Positions 31,050 to 42,155 of a DNA stretch of 64,000 bases are shown here, in pieces. Within the stretch, counting starts at the first letter, position 1. Each line of letters starts with the position of its first letter. This DNA is from an uncultured Alphaproteobacteria bacterium (GTDB lineage: Bacteria; Pseudomonadota; Alphaproteobacteria; Rhodobacterales; Rhodobacteraceae): positions 27,343 through 91,342 of the forward strand of contig CAVZCB010000031.1 in NCBI GenBank assembly GCA_963773555.1, written 5' to 3'. The translations under genes and the position numbers were made by a program. The notes beneath the pieces were generated by a model that was not told the DNA's origin, made no database searches, and saw only the letters and a list, made by a program, of their open reading frames with translations.

Positions 31050-31969
31050 TGGCGCGGATTCCGTTCATCGCCGCCGAGGACGTCGAGGGCCGGCTGGACT
31101 GGCTGACGGTCGCCGACGCGCTCGCCGAGGGCCATCGCCGCGCCGAGCCCGAGATCGGGGACGTCTTCCTGACGCGCGCGCCGGACACGCTGCTGACGCG
31201 TGCCGCCTGGATCGACGGCCTGGGCGCTGCGGTCAAGGCGGTGACGGTGATGCCCGGCAACCCCGCGCTGGGCCGCCCCTCGATCCAGGGCGCGATGCTG
31301 GTGTTCGACGATGGAACCGGTGCGGTCGAGGCGGTGATCGACGCGGGCCTCGTCACTCGCTGGAAGACCGCCGCCGATTCGCTGCTCGGCGCCCGCCTGC
31401 TCGCCCGGCCGGACGCACGGCGGCTGCTGATCCTCGGGGCCGGGACGGTGTCCACGTCGCTGATCGAGGCCTACCGCGCCGGGTTCCCCGGCATCGCCGT
31501 GACGCTCTGGAACCGCACGCCGGAGCGCGCCCGCGCGCTGGCGGAGACCACCGGCGCCGAGGTCGCCACCGACCTGCCCGCCGCCGTCGCCGCGGCCGAC
31601 ATCGTCGCCACCGCCACCATGTCGACCGAGCCTGTGCTCCACGGCGCCTGGCTGCGTCCCGGGCAGCACCTCGACCTGATCGGTGCCTACCGGGCGGACA
31701 TGCGCGAGGCCGACGACGACGCGCTGGCCCGCGCCCGGGTGTTCGTCGACAGCTTCGACACCACGCTCGGCCACATCGGCGAACTGAAGGATCCGCTGGC
31801 GCGCGGGGTGATCGCCCGGGCCGACGTGCTCGGGGACCTGCACGACCTCGTCGCCGGCCGCGCCGGGCGCGCGTCGCCCGAGGACATCACGCTGTTCAAG
31901 AACGGCGGCGGCGCGCATCTCGACCTGATGACCGCGCGCGCGATCCTCGCCGCGTGGCGCGGCGGCTGA
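31049..31969 (+). CDS. Ornithine cyclodeaminase/mu-crystallin family protein
   Basis: TRWKTAADS, ILGAG, IGAYRADMRE, ITLFKNGG. Confidence 0.88.
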   Translation: MARIPFIAAEDVEGRLDWLTVADALAEGHRRAEPEIGDVFLTRAPDTLLTRAAWIDGLGAAVKAVTVMPGNPALGRPSIQGAMLVFDDGTGAVEAVIDAGLVTRWKTAADSLLGARLLARPDARRLLILGAGTVSTSLIEAYRAGFPGIAVTLWNRTPERARALAETTGAEVATDLPAAVAAADIVATATMSTEPVLHGAWLRPGQHLDLIGAYRADMREADDDALARARVFVDSFDTTLGHIGELKDPLARGVIARADVLGDLHDLVAGRAGRASPEDITLFKNGGGAHLDLMTARAILAAWRGG

Positions 31970-31981
31970 CGGGAGCGAGCG

Positions 31982-32311
31982 ATGCAGCGCATGGGATTGG
32001 TACTCGGCCTCAAGGCCGAAAAGGTCGAGGAATACAAGCGGCTGCACGCCGCGGTCTGGCCGGAGATCCTGGCGATGATCTCGGCCTGCAACATCCGCAA
32101 CTACTCGATCTTCCTGAAGGAGCCGGAGAACCTGCTGTTCGCCTACTGGGAATACCACGGCGAAGATTTCGCCGCCGACGACGCGAAGATGGCCGCCGAT
32201 CCGCGCACCCGCGACTGGTGGGCGATCTGCTCGCCCTGCCAGGTCCCGCTCGAGACCCGCAAGGAGGGCGAGTGGTGGGCGACAATGGAAGAGGTGTTCC
32301 ACCACGACTGA
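31982..32311 (+). CDS. L-rhamnose mutarotase family protein
   Basis: EEYKRLHAAVWPE, NIRNYSIF, MEEVFH. Confidence 0.88.
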   Translation: MQRMGLVLGLKAEKVEEYKRLHAAVWPEILAMISACNIRNYSIFLKEPENLLFAYWEYHGEDFAADDAKMAADPRTRDWWAICSPCQVPLETRKEGEWWATMEEVFHHD

Positions 32312-32387
32312 TCCCGGGCGGCGGTTCCGCTTGCCTCGCGCCGCCAGATATGACCATGACGCCCCGGGACGTGAAGGGACGAGACGG

Positions 32388-33482
<1,095 letters not shown>

Positions 33483-33497
33483 GAGGGAGACCAAGAC

Positions 33498-34139
33498 ATG
33501 AGGAAAGCGCTGATCGCCTGGGGCGGCTGGCAGGGACACGAGCCGGAGCAGGGCGCGGCCCGCGTCGGCGCGCTGCTCGCCGAGGAAGGATTCGAGGTGA
33601 CGACCGTCGAGGGAACCGCCGCCTTCGCCGGCGCGGATCTCGCGGACTACAGCCTCATCGTGCCGATCATCACCATGTCGACGATCGGCAAGGAGGAGCT
33701 GGCGGGGCTGCTCGCCGCTGTGCGCGGCGGCGTGGGCCTCGGCGGCTATCACGGCGGCATGGCCGACGCCTTCCGGGGAGAGCCGGACTACCAGTTCATG
33801 GTCGGCGGCCAGTGGGTGGCGCATCCCGGCAACATCATCGACTACCGCATCGACGTGACCCGCCCCGACGACCCGGTGATGGCCGGGATCGACAGCTTCG
33901 ACTATCGCTCGGAGCAGTACTACCTGCACGTCGATCCGCGCGTCGAGGTGCTGGCGACCACCCGGTTCTCCGGCGCGCACGCCGAGTGGATCGACGGTGC
34001 CGTGGTGCCGCAGGTCTGGAAGACCCGCTACGGCCGCGGCCGGGTGTTCTACAGCGCGCTCGGTCACGTGGCGGCCGAGTTCGACGTGCCGCAGATGGCG
34101 ACGATCCTCCGCCGCGGCCTCGGCTGGGCCGCCGCCTGA
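33498..34139 (+). CDS. ThuA-domain protein
   Basis: WGGWQGHEP, GGQWVAHPG, SEQYY, GRGRVFYSALGH. Confidence 0.88.
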   Translation: MRKALIAWGGWQGHEPEQGAARVGALLAEEGFEVTTVEGTAAFAGADLADYSLIVPIITMSTIGKEELAGLLAAVRGGVGLGGYHGGMADAFRGEPDYQFMVGGQWVAHPGNIIDYRIDVTRPDDPVMAGIDSFDYRSEQYYLHVDPRVEVLATTRFSGAHAEWIDGAVVPQVWKTRYGRGRVFYSALGHVAAEFDVPQMATILRRGLGWAAA

Positions 34140-34291
34140 TCGGTTCGCGGCGCCCGGGGAGCGGCGTCGACTGTGGCCGCAAAACGCGCGGACTTCCTTG
34201 CGATTCGGTTAATTTAACGAATCGGATGCCATGATTTCAATCGCTTAGCATAATATCACGCGTGGACACGCTCTTGATGCGCCGCGCTCGA

Positions 34292-35080
34292 TCAACCTTG
34301 GATGGCGGAGCCTGTCTCAGCCTGTCCCCGGCCGCCGCACACCGGGCACTCCGGACGCGCCGTGATGCGGATGCGGCGCATGTCGGCGTGGAGCGCATCG
34401 TAGATCAGCAGCGCCCCGCGCAGCCCGGTCCCGGCACGGGCGATCAGCTTCACCGCCTCGAGCGCCATCATCGAGCCCATGACGCCCGGCAGCGCGCCGA
34501 TGATGCCGGCCTGGGCGCAGGTCGGCGTCAGCTCGGGCGCGGGCGGCTCGGGATAGAGGCACCGGTAGCAGGGGCCGCCGCCCGCTGGGTGGAACAGCGC
34601 GATCTGGCCTTCCCACTGGCTCATCGCCGCCGAGATCAGCGGCGTCTCCGCCGTGACGCAGGCCGCGTTGACGAGATAACGGGTGGCGAAGTTGTCGCAG
34701 CCGTCGAGCACCAGGTCGTAGCGCGGGACGATCTCCGCCGCCGTCCCCGCGTCCAGCCGCAGCTCGTGCGGCTCGACCGCGACGTGCGGGTTCAGCCGCG
34801 CCAGCGCACGGGCGGCGCTCGCGACCTTGGGCGCGCCGATCTCGGGGGTGGCGTGCAGCACCTGACGCTGAAGGTTGGAGAGGCCGACCGTGTCGTCGTC
34901 GACGATCCCCAGCGTGCCGACCCCGGCGGAGGCGAGATAGAGCAACGCCGGACTGCCGAGCCCGCCGGCGCCGATCACCAGCACGCGCGCCGCCTTCAGC
35001 CGCTGCTGCCCGGCCCCGCCGATCTCGTGCAGCACGATGTGGCGAGCGTAGCGCTGCAGCTCGTCGGGCGCGAGGCTCAT
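34292..35080 (-). CDS. moeB: MoeB/ThiF family adenylyltransferase
   Basis: [25 protein letters not shown] and CPVC. Confidence 0.85.
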   Translation of the reverse strand: MSLAPDELQRYARHIVLHEIGGAGQQRLKAARVLVIGAGGLGSPALLYLASAGVGTLGIVDDDTVGLSNLQRQVLHATPEIGAPKVASAARALARLNPHVAVEPHELRLDAGTAAEIVPRYDLVLDGCDNFATRYLVNAACVTAETPLISAAMSQWEGQIALFHPAGGGPCYRCLYPEPPAPELTPTCAQAGIIGALPGVMGSMMALEAVKLIARAGTGLRGALLIYDALHADMRRIRITARPECPVCGGRGQAETGSAIQG

Positions 35081-35544
35081 GCCGTTCCGGTCGAGCCGAA
35101 CCCGCCCGCGCCGCGCACGCTGTCGGCCAGCGCCCCGGCCTCGTCCCAGGCGATCCGGGCGACCGGCGCGAGCACCATCTGGGCGATCCGCAGCCCGTGG
35201 CCGATCGTCGCCGGCTCAGGCCCATGGTTGATGACGATGACCCCGACCTCGCCGCGGTAGTCGCAGTCAATGGTGCCGGGGCTGTTGAGCAGCGTCAGCC
35301 CCTGGCGCAGCGCCAGTCCCGAGCGCGGCCGGAGCTGGACCTCGTGACCGGGCGGGATCTCGAGCGCCAGACCGGTCGGCACCAGCGCCCGCGCGCCCGG
35401 CGCCAGCGTCAGGCCTTGCGCGCGATCCGCGGCCGGGAGGCTGGCGCAGATGTCCATGCCGGCCGCGCCGTCGGTGGCGTAGGCCGGCAACGGCAGGTCC
35501 GGGTCGCGGCCGGGCAGGCGCAGGATGCCGACCGTCACGCTCAT
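35077..35544 (-). CDS. dut: dUTP diphosphatase
   Basis: [36 protein letters not shown]. Confidence 0.96.
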   Translation of the reverse strand: MSVTVGILRLPGRDPDLPLPAYATDGAAGMDICASLPAADRAQGLTLAPGARALVPTGLALEIPPGHEVQLRPRSGLALRQGLTLLNSPGTIDCDYRGEVGVIVINHGPEPATIGHGLRIAQMVLAPVARIAWDEAGALADSVRGAGGFGSTGTA

Positions 35545-36737
35545 GCCAGCGCCTTCGCGATGCGTTCGGCGAGCGCCTCGGCGGTCGCCTGCTTGGTCAT
35601 GCGCGGCCAGGGCTCGGCGCCGTCGGCGGTGACCAGGGTCACGGCGTTTTCGGATCCGCCCATGATGCCGGTCGCCGGGCTCACGTCGTTCGCCACGATC
35701 CAGTCGGCGCCCTTGCGCCGGCGCTTGGCGGTGGCGTTGGCGACCAGGTCGTCGGTCTCGGCGGCGAAGCCCACGACAAGCCCGGGACGGCCCTCGGTGC
35801 GGTGCGCGATGGTGCGCAGGATGTCGGGGTTCTCGCAGAGCTCGAGCGCCGGGGGTTGGCCGTCCGGGCGCTTCTTCATCTTGGAGTCGTGCGCAGAGGT
35901 CATGCGCCAGTCGGCCACGGCGGCGGCAAAGACCGCCGCGTCGGCCGGCAGGGCGGCCTCGACGGCCGCCAGCATCTCGGCGGCGGTCTCGATCTTCACC
36001 ACGGTCACGCCGGGTGGCGGCAGCGCCTCGGCCGGACCGGTGACGAAGGTGACACGCGCCCCCCGTTCCGCCAGCGCCGCGGCGATGGCGCTGCCCTGCC
36101 GGCCGGACGAGCGGTTGGCGATGTAGCGCACCGGGTCGATCGGCTCGTGGGTCGGGCCGGAGGTGACCAGCACGTGACGGCCGCTGAGCGGCCCGCCCGA
36201 GAGGGCGGCGTCGATCGCGGCGAGGATTGCCGGCGGCTCGGCCATCCGGCCGGGGCCGAACTCGCCGCAGGCCATCGACCCTTCGTCGGGCCCGACCACC
36301 AGCGCCCCGTCGCCGGTGACGGTGGCGAGGTTGCGCCGCGTCGCCGGGTGCAGCCACATCCGGACGTTCATCGCGGGCGCCAGCAGGACGCGCTTGTCCG
36401 TGGCCAGCAGCAGCGTGCTGGCGAGATCGTTGGCGAGGCCGCCGGCGAGTTTCGCTATCAGATCGGCCGTCGCGGGCGCGACCACCACCAGATCGGCGCT
36501 GCGCGACAGCTCGATGTGACCCATCTCGGCCTCGGCGGTCAGGTCGAACAGCTGGTCGTGCACCGCCTCGCCGGCCAGCGCCGAGACGCTGAGCGGGGTG
36601 ACGAACTCCGCGCCCGCGGCCGTCAGCACCGGCGAGACCGTGGCGCCGGCCTTGTGCAGCAGACGGATCAACTCGAGGCTCTTGTAGGCGGCGATGCCGC
36701 CGCCGACGATCAGGAGGATCCTGCGGCCCGCCAGCAT
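35541..36737 (-). CDS. coaBC: Bifunctional phosphopantothenoylcysteine decarboxylase/ligase
   Basis: [40 protein letters not shown]. Confidence 0.96.
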   Translation of the reverse strand: MLAGRRILLIVGGGIAAYKSLELIRLLHKAGATVSPVLTAAGAEFVTPLSVSALAGEAVHDQLFDLTAEAEMGHIELSRSADLVVVAPATADLIAKLAGGLANDLASTLLLATDKRVLLAPAMNVRMWLHPATRRNLATVTGDGALVVGPDEGSMACGEFGPGRMAEPPAILAAIDAALSGGPLSGRHVLVTSGPTHEPIDPVRYIANRSSGRQGSAIAAALAERGARVTFVTGPAEALPPPGVTVVKIETAAEMLAAVEAALPADAAVFAAAVADWRMTSAHDSKMKKRPDGQPPALELCENPDILRTIAHRTEGRPGLVVGFAAETDDLVANATAKRRRKGADWIVANDVSPATGIMGGSENAVTLVTADGAEPWPRMTKQATAEALAERIAKALA

Positions 36738-36927
36738 GTCTCCACCCCGTTCCGCGCGCGGACCGGCCGCGCCGCCGGAGAGTATGGTCCGCCGCCGGGC
36801 GGTGCAAGGTCGGCCGGCTTTCCCAGTCGCCCTCAGGCGGTTGCACGCGGTGCCGGCTGCCACTCCGTCGTTGCGGGGAAACCCGGGCTCGACTAGGAGA
36901 AGGCGCGCCATTCCCGGGGAGACTGCC

Positions 36928-38214
36928 ATGACCGAACCGCTCCGCATCGGCCTCGCCGGCCTCGGGACCGTGGGAACCGGGGTGGTGCGCATCCTGCAGG
37001 CGCACGGGGCGACCCTGGCCGCCCGCGCCGGCCGGCCGGTCGAGATCGGGGCGGTTTCGGCCCGCTCGCGGCATCGCGACCGCGGCGTTGATCTTTCCGG
37101 CTACGCCTGGGAGGACGATCCGGTGGCGCTGGCGCGTCGCGACGACGTCGATCTGGTGATCGAGGTGATGGGCGGCGAGGACGGCCCGGCCAAGGCCACC
37201 GCCGAGGCGGCGCTGGGCGGCGGCAAGCACCTGGTGTCAGCCAACAAGGCGATGCTGGCGCGGCACGGCCAGGCGCTGGCCGAGGCGGCGGAGGCGGCCG
37301 GCGTCGCGCTGCGCTTCGAGGCGGCGGTGGCGGGCGGGATCCCGGTGGTCAAGGCGCTGACCGAGGGGCTGGCCGGCAACCGGATCACCCGGGTGATGGG
37401 GGTGCTGAACGGCACCTGCAACTACATCCTGACGCGGATGGAGGCCGACGACGCGCCCTATGCGCAGGTGCTGGAGGCGGCGCAGCGGCTGGGATATGCC
37501 GAAGCCGATCCGGCGTTCGACGTGGGCGGCATCGACGCGGCGCAGAAGCTCGCGCTGCTCGCGGCCACCGCCTTCGGCGTGCGTGTCGACTTCGACGGCA
37601 TCACCGTCGAGGGGATCGAGCGGGTCAGCCTCGCCGACATCGAGCACGCCGCCGAACTCGGCTACCGCATCAAGCTGCTCGGCGTGGCGCGCGCCACGCC
37701 CGCGGGCCTCGAGGCGCGGATGCAGCCCTGCCTGGTGCCCGCCGCCTCGCCGATCGGCCAGCTCGAGGGCGTGACCAACATGGTGGTGCTCGAGGGCGAC
37801 TTCGTCGGCCGCATCGTCATGTCGGGACCGGGCGCCGGCGAGGGCCCGACGGCGTCGGCGATCGTCGGCGACGTGATCGACATCGCCCGCGGACTCGTCA
37901 TCCCGCCGTTCGGGCGGCCTGCGACCACGCTTTCGGCTCCCGCCCGCGCGGGAGACGGCGTGGCGGCGTCCTACTACCTGCGCTTCCTGCTGGCCGACGC
38001 GCCGGGCGTGCTGGCGAAGGTGGCCGCGGAACTGGGCACCGCCGGCATCTCGATCAACCGGATGCGCCAGATCGAGCACTCCACCGACGATGCGACGGTG
38101 CTGATCGTCACCCACCGCGCCGAGCGCGGCGCGCTCGATGCCGCCCTTGGCCGGATCGCCGGCCTTGCCGACTGCCGCGCCGAGCCGGTGGCGATCCGGA
38201 TCGAGGACCTCTGA
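36928..38214 (+). CDS. hom: Homoserine dehydrogenase
   Basis: [33 protein letters not shown]-terminal ACT domain. Confidence 0.96.
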   Translation: MTEPLRIGLAGLGTVGTGVVRILQAHGATLAARAGRPVEIGAVSARSRHRDRGVDLSGYAWEDDPVALARRDDVDLVIEVMGGEDGPAKATAEAALGGGKHLVSANKAMLARHGQALAEAAEAAGVALRFEAAVAGGIPVVKALTEGLAGNRITRVMGVLNGTCNYILTRMEADDAPYAQVLEAAQRLGYAEADPAFDVGGIDAAQKLALLAATAFGVRVDFDGITVEGIERVSLADIEHAAELGYRIKLLGVARATPAGLEARMQPCLVPAASPIGQLEGVTNMVVLEGDFVGRIVMSGPGAGEGPTASAIVGDVIDIARGLVIPPFGRPATTLSAPARAGDGVAASYYLRFLLADAPGVLAKVAAELGTAGISINRMRQIEHSTDDATVLIVTHRAERGALDAALGRIAGLADCRAEPVAIRIEDL

Positions 38215-38215
38215 G

Positions 38216-38746
38216 GTGGGCGACGCGGCAGTCCGGACCTCGACCGAAGCGGATCTGCCGGCGATCGCCGCGATCTATGCCCATCACGTGCTGACCGGTC
38301 TCGCCTCGTTCGAGGAGGTTCCGCCGGAGGCCGACGAGATGGCGCGCCGCCGCGACGACATTCTGGCAAGCGGCCTGCCGTTCCTCGTCGCGGAAGACGG
38401 GGACCGAGTTCTCGGGTATGCCTACGCCGGGCCATACCGGCCGCGGCCCGCCTATCGTCTGACGCTCGAGGACTCGATCTACGTCGACCGCGCCGCCACC
38501 GGCCGCGGCCTGGGCGGGCTGCTGCTTGGCCGGCTGATCGAGGACTGCACCGCGCTCGGCTACCGGCAGATGCTGGCGGTGATCGGCGACAGCGGCAACA
38601 CGGCGTCGATCAGGCTGCACGCCCGGGCCGGGTTCGAGATGACAGGGACGTTCCGCTCGGTCGGCTTCAAGTTCGGCCGCTGGGTGGACTCGGTGCTGAT
38701 GCAGCGGCCGCTCGGGGCGGGCGACCGGACCAGGCCTGCCGGGTGA
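38216..38746 (+). CDS. GNAT acetyltransferase (YncA/phosphinothricin acetyltransferase-like)
   Basis: LASFEE, RPAYRLTLEDSIY, SIRLHARAGF, VGFKFGRWVD. Confidence 0.88.
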   Translation: MGDAAVRTSTEADLPAIAAIYAHHVLTGLASFEEVPPEADEMARRRDDILASGLPFLVAEDGDRVLGYAYAGPYRPRPAYRLTLEDSIYVDRAATGRGLGGLLLGRLIEDCTALGYRQMLAVIGDSGNTASIRLHARAGFEMTGTFRSVGFKFGRWVDSVLMQRPLGAGDRTRPAG

Positions 38747-38922
38747 GCGGCTTCGATCCGCCCGCGATCGACGCGGAGCTGGCGGGGCGATTGGTCGCGC
38801 CCCGGTTTCCGCAGTGGACGCACTTGCCGGTCACGCCGGTGGCGTTCGGGGGATCGGACAATCGCACGTTCCGGCTCCGCGACGGCCTGAAGCTGCGGCT
38901 TGCGACGCGGAGGCGGCGGTGA
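38743..38922 (+). pseudogene. N-terminal remnant of an APH-family phosphotransferase
   Basis: 59-aa GTG ORF: IDAELAGRLVAPRFPQWTHLPVTPVAFGGSDNRTFRL; no kinase core follows. Confidence 0.6.
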
Positions 38923-39000
38923 TGGAGCGTTGCGCCTTGCTCCCGACCTGCCCGATCGCCTAGAAGCGCAGCAGGGATCGCCGGGGAGGGCCGCACCGAT

Positions 39001-39966
39001 ATGTCCGAAGACGTCATCTTCAGCGACCGCATGCTGTCGCTGGGTCTCGCCCGCGTGTCCGAGGCCGCGGCGATCGCCGCGGCGAAGCTCGTCGGCCGCG
39101 GCGACGAGAAGGCCGCCGATCAGGCTGCGGTCGATGCGATGCGCACCCAGCTCAACTTGCTCGACATCCAGGGCGTGGTGGTGATCGGCGAGGGGGAGCG
39201 GGACGAGGCGCCGATGCTCTACATCGGCGAGGAGGTCGGCAGCGGCGAAGGGCCGCCGGTCGACATCGCGCTCGACCCGCTCGAGGGCACGACGCTGACC
39301 GCCAAGGACATGCCGAACGCGCTGGCGGTGATCGCGATGGGACCGCGCGGCTCGATGCTGCACGCGCCCGACGTCTACATGGACAAGCTGGCGATCGGCC
39401 CCGGCTACCGGACGGGCGTGGTCGACCTCGACATGTCGCCGACCGAGCGGGTCAACGCGCTGGCGCGGGCCAAGGGCACGGGACCGAGCGGGATCATGGT
39501 CTGCGTGCTGGAGCGGCCGCGCCACGAGGGGCTGATCGAGGAGATCCGCTCCACCGGCGCGCGGATCCGGCTGATCACCGACGGTGACGTCGCCGGGGTG
39601 ATCCATTGCGCCGAGAGCGGCAAGACCGGGATCGACATGTACATGGGCTCGGGCGGCGCGCCGGAGGGCGTGTTGGCGGCGGCGGCGCTGAAGTGCATGG
39701 GCGGGCAGATGCTGGGCCGGCTGCTGTTTCGCAACGACGACGAGCGAAAGCGGGCGCGGGACGCCGGGATCGAGGATCTCGACAAGGTCTACACGCGCGA
39801 CGAGATGGTGACCGAAGACGTGATCTTCGCCGGCACGGGGGTCACCGACGGCTCGATCGTGCGTGGCGCGCGGCGGGACGGCGAGTGGATGGAGACCGAG
39901 ACCATCCTGATGCGCTCCAAGACCGGCTCGGTGCGCCGGCTGCTCTATCGCCAGCGCAATCAGTAG
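39001..39966 (+). CDS. glpX: Fructose-1,6-bisphosphatase class II
   Basis: VIGEGERDEAPML, DPLEGT, APDVYMDK, GGAPEGV, TGVTDG. Confidence 0.96.
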   Translation: MSEDVIFSDRMLSLGLARVSEAAAIAAAKLVGRGDEKAADQAAVDAMRTQLNLLDIQGVVVIGEGERDEAPMLYIGEEVGSGEGPPVDIALDPLEGTTLTAKDMPNALAVIAMGPRGSMLHAPDVYMDKLAIGPGYRTGVVDLDMSPTERVNALARAKGTGPSGIMVCVLERPRHEGLIEEIRSTGARIRLITDGDVAGVIHCAESGKTGIDMYMGSGGAPEGVLAAAALKCMGGQMLGRLLFRNDDERKRARDAGIEDLDKVYTRDEMVTEDVIFAGTGVTDGSIVRGARRDGEWMETETILMRSKTGSVRRLLYRQRNQ

Positions 39967-40008
39967 GGCCAAGCCACGCCGCCGCTCCGAGAGGGCGGCA
40001 TCGGCTTC

Positions 40009-40321
40009 ATGGCGCGCTGGCTGGTGGTCTGGACCGCTGCGATCCTCACCGCAATCTGGTACATGGGCGCGGCCGTGCTGCGTGGCGAGCCGGTCGCGTC
40101 GCTGTTGCTCGCGGTGTGGCTGATCGCGGCGGCCTTTGGCCGCTGGACCGGCGGCCGCAGGCTGGTGCGGCTGCCTGGAGGGCAAGGCGCCGCGCAGGCC
40201 GGTCCGCGATCACGGCTGGGACGACGAGATCGAGCCGCCCCCGGACGGACTGCGAAACGCCGCGTTGCGCGCGCGAAATTCCGGGCATCCAATTGAAAAG
40301 AAAGGCGTTAATGTTCGTTAA
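40009..40321 (+). CDS. Small two-TM hypothetical protein, possibly +1 frameshifted at ~40175
   Basis: Two hydrophobic helices; a more natural C-terminus (LEGKAPRRPVRDHGWDDEIEPP) lies in the next frame. Confidence 0.4.
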
Positions 40322-40441
40322 AATCCGCGGCCACGCTTTTCAGGAACCGCACCCCGGGGGAAGCGGCGGGCTCGATGCGAACTCTGCCTTGCCCAGCAAC
40401 GGAAGAAATCCGTCGGGTGTCATGGACCGCCGCCGCTTCGC

Positions 40442-41338
40442 ATGAACGCCCTGACGTCTTCCGGTCATCCGGTCCGCGGGCCGCTGTTCATGACGCTGGC
40501 GACCGGTGCCTACGTGATCAACGATTCGATGATGAAGGTCGCAACCGAGGGCCTGCCGCCCTACGAGGTGCTTTTCCTGCGCGGGGTCTGGGCCACCCTC
40601 TGGGGCCTGCCGCTCGTGCTGCTGCTCGGGCACGGCCGGCGGCTGGCGATGATGTTCGAGCGGCGGGTGGTGCTGCGCAATCTGGCCGAGCTCGGCGCGG
40701 TGCTGTGCTACATCGTGGCACTTGCCAACATGCCGATCGCCGACGTGATTGCGCTCGTCCAGGTCGCGCCGCTCCTCGTGATCCTCGGGTCGGCCTTCCT
40801 CTTGCGAGAGCCGGTGGGCCCCGTGCGGCTGGCGCTGATCGTCTGCGGGTTCGTCGGCGCGCTGATGGTGGCGCAGCCGACCGGCTCGGGCGTGTCGGTC
40901 TACGCGCTGCTCGCGCTCGGCACCGCGGCCCTCGGCGCGGTGCGCGATCTGGTCGGGCGGCGGGTTGCGTTCGAGATCCCCGGGCTCGTCGTCGCGCTCT
41001 CGGCTTCGGTGATCGTACTGGCCGGCGCCGGCGTCGCGCATCTTGCCTCCGAGCCCTGGGCGGCGCCCGGCGCGCGCAACCTCCTGCTGCTCGCCGGCTC
41101 CGGGCTCTTCCTCTTCATCGGCCACTTCTTCATCTTCATGGCCTACCGGATCGGCCCGACCCACCGGGTGGCGCCGTTCTTCTATTCCTTCACGGTCTGG
41201 GCGGTGATCGCCGGCATCGTGGTGTTCGGCAACCTGCCGAACCCGCTGGCGCTGGCCGGCATCCTGCTGGTGATGGCGAGCGGGCTGGCCATCGTCCTCC
41301 TCGACACCCGCAACCGCCGGCCCACGCCGGTGGCGTAG
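40442..41338 (+). CDS. DMT/EamA family transporter
   Basis: NDSMMK, FLLREPVG, VAPFFYS; about 10 TM. Confidence 0.88.
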   Translation: MNALTSSGHPVRGPLFMTLATGAYVINDSMMKVATEGLPPYEVLFLRGVWATLWGLPLVLLLGHGRRLAMMFERRVVLRNLAELGAVLCYIVALANMPIADVIALVQVAPLLVILGSAFLLREPVGPVRLALIVCGFVGALMVAQPTGSGVSVYALLALGTAALGAVRDLVGRRVAFEIPGLVVALSASVIVLAGAGVAHLASEPWAAPGARNLLLLAGSGLFLFIGHFFIFMAYRIGPTHRVAPFFYSFTVWAVIAGIVVFGNLPNPLALAGILLVMASGLAIVLLDTRNRRPTPVA

Positions 41339-41346
41339 GCGCCCCT

Positions 41347-42048
41347 CTACCAGCTCTCGCCGTAGGGGCGCAGGTCGAGCTCGAAGGTCCAGGCCTGGCG
41401 GTCCTGGGTCGCGAGCGCGAAGGCGGCTTCGGCGACCCCCGCCGAGGAGAGAAAGAACTCCGCGGGCTTGTCGGGCATCCGCGCGCGAGTGGTCTCGAGG
41501 TCGACCACGCCGTCGAGGACCACGTAGGCGACGTGGATGTTCTCCGGCCCGAGCTGGCGGGCGAGCGACTGCGCGACCGAGCGCTGCGCGGCCTTGCCGG
41601 CGGCGAAGGCGATGGTACGCGGCCGGCCGCGCAGCGCGGCCCCGGCACCGATCACGATGATGCTGCCGCGCCCGGCGGCGCGCAGGTCGGCGACCACCGC
41701 CCGGGCGGCGGAGAACAGGCCGGCGGCGTTGACCTCGAAGCTCCGGCGCAGGGCGTCGGCGTCGACCGAATCGAGATCGCCCCAGGTGCCCGAGCCGGCG
41801 TTGTAGACCAGCGTGTCTATCGGGCCGAAGTCGGCACGGATCGCCGTCAGCGCGGCCTGGAGCGACCCGGCATCGGTGACGTCGCAGGCATAGCCCTTCG
41901 CCGTCGCGAGATCGGCGGCCGCCACGGTCATCCGTGCCCCGTCGCGGGCGCAGAGGGCGAGCGCATAGCCCTCCGCGTCGAACTTGCGCGCGATGGCCAT
42001 GCCGTTTCCCGGGCCGACGCCGAGGATGACGCAGAGTGGCTTGGACAT
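41347..42048 (-). CDS. Short-chain dehydrogenase/reductase
   Basis: GVGPGNG, YNAG, FAAGKAAQR, WTFELDLRP. Confidence 0.88.
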   Translation of the reverse strand: MSKPLCVILGVGPGNGMAIARKFDAEGYALALCARDGARMTVAAADLATAKGYACDVTDAGSLQAALTAIRADFGPIDTLVYNAGSGTWGDLDSVDADALRRSFEVNAAGLFSAARAVVADLRAAGRGSIIVIGAGAALRGRPRTIAFAAGKAAQRSVAQSLARQLGPENIHVAYVVLDGVVDLETTRARMPDKPAEFFLSSAGVAEAAFALATQDRQAWTFELDLRPYGESW

Positions 42049-42155
42049 GTGACTCTCCCCCTGTTGCCACCGCCACTCTAGGCACCGACGAGAGCGCGCG
42101 TCGACCGGCAAGCTGCGGACTGGTGTCGGGAGGCGTTTGCGGGCATGACTGCGGC

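Noticed and set aside
34240-34262. dif site (GCATAATAT resembles the XerC arm)
   Set aside because: No XerD arm (TTATG..AA) at the required spacing.
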